From the NCBI RefSeq assembly GCF_009914755.1, contig NC_060947.1: 64,000 bases of DNA, one strand, 5' to 3'. Origin of the DNA: the human T2T-CHM13v2.0 reference genome, Homo sapiens. The notes below the pieces were generated by a model. That model had not been told where the DNA came from. It was given only the letters and a program-made list of their open reading frames with translations, and searched no databases. The stretch's first letter is position 1. The number at the start of each line of letters is the position of its first letter. This document shows positions 63,801 to 64,000 of the stretch, piece after piece. The position numbers and the translations under genes are program-made.

Positions 63801-64000
63801 GTTTCCAACACCCTCTTCTACCTCTGAGCAGATCCCACATAGCTGATCTACCATTACGTTTCCGAAATCATGGGACGACCAGCTGCAAGCGAGACGATGC
63901 TCACTGGGTTGAAACTGATCACTCAGGAGGCAGTTGGCAACGGCCTTCTCTCCCAGCTGTTTGGGTCCTGGACCTTCACTCAGGAAATTGGTGGCTCAGA

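Larger units (their letters stand above)
43560..64000 (+). repeat. Macrosatellite of about 21 chimeric CDYL-3'end/5S monomers (931, 932, 1044-1045 bp); regular from ~44820; continues past the window end
   Basis: Same 73-aa ORF position recurs at 44399, 45330, 46375, 47307, (48238), 49282, 50214, 51145, 52190, 53122, 54053, 55098, 56029, 57074, 58006, 58937, 59982, 60913, 61958, 62889, (63934). Confidence 0.98.

Noticed and set aside
43640-64000. CRISPR-like repeat-spacer array
   Set aside because: Eukaryotic DNA; whole units repeat with no unique spacers.

Overview
Primate (catarrhine-type, AluY present) genomic DNA with no credible intact protein-coding gene. Bases 1-42,300 are ordinary repeat-dense sequence: about 35 Alus, MaLR/ERV LTRs, L1/L2/MIR fragments, MER20/MER58/MER5/Tigger DNA transposons and a 7SL pseudogene. 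At ~42,600 an intronless, disabled CDYL retrocopy begins (chromodomain, linker, crotonase-like domain, start of the 3'UTR). A 3'-truncated, tailless 5S rRNA copy is inserted into its crotonase region with a 16-bp TSD. The chimeric 3' part (CDYL C-terminus + 5S + 3'UTR) is amplified into a macrosatellite of about 21 monomers (931/932/1045 bp) that runs off the end of the window and is organised as 2908-bp and 1976-bp higher-order repeats. Every monomer carries a fold-back hairpin built inside the 5S fragment. Every long monomer also carries a 75-nt antisense copy of its own CDYL segment. This architecture could yield dsRNA or small RNAs if transcribed, but no expression evidence is visible here. 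Gene and repeat-family assignments come from recalled reference sequences, not from a database search.
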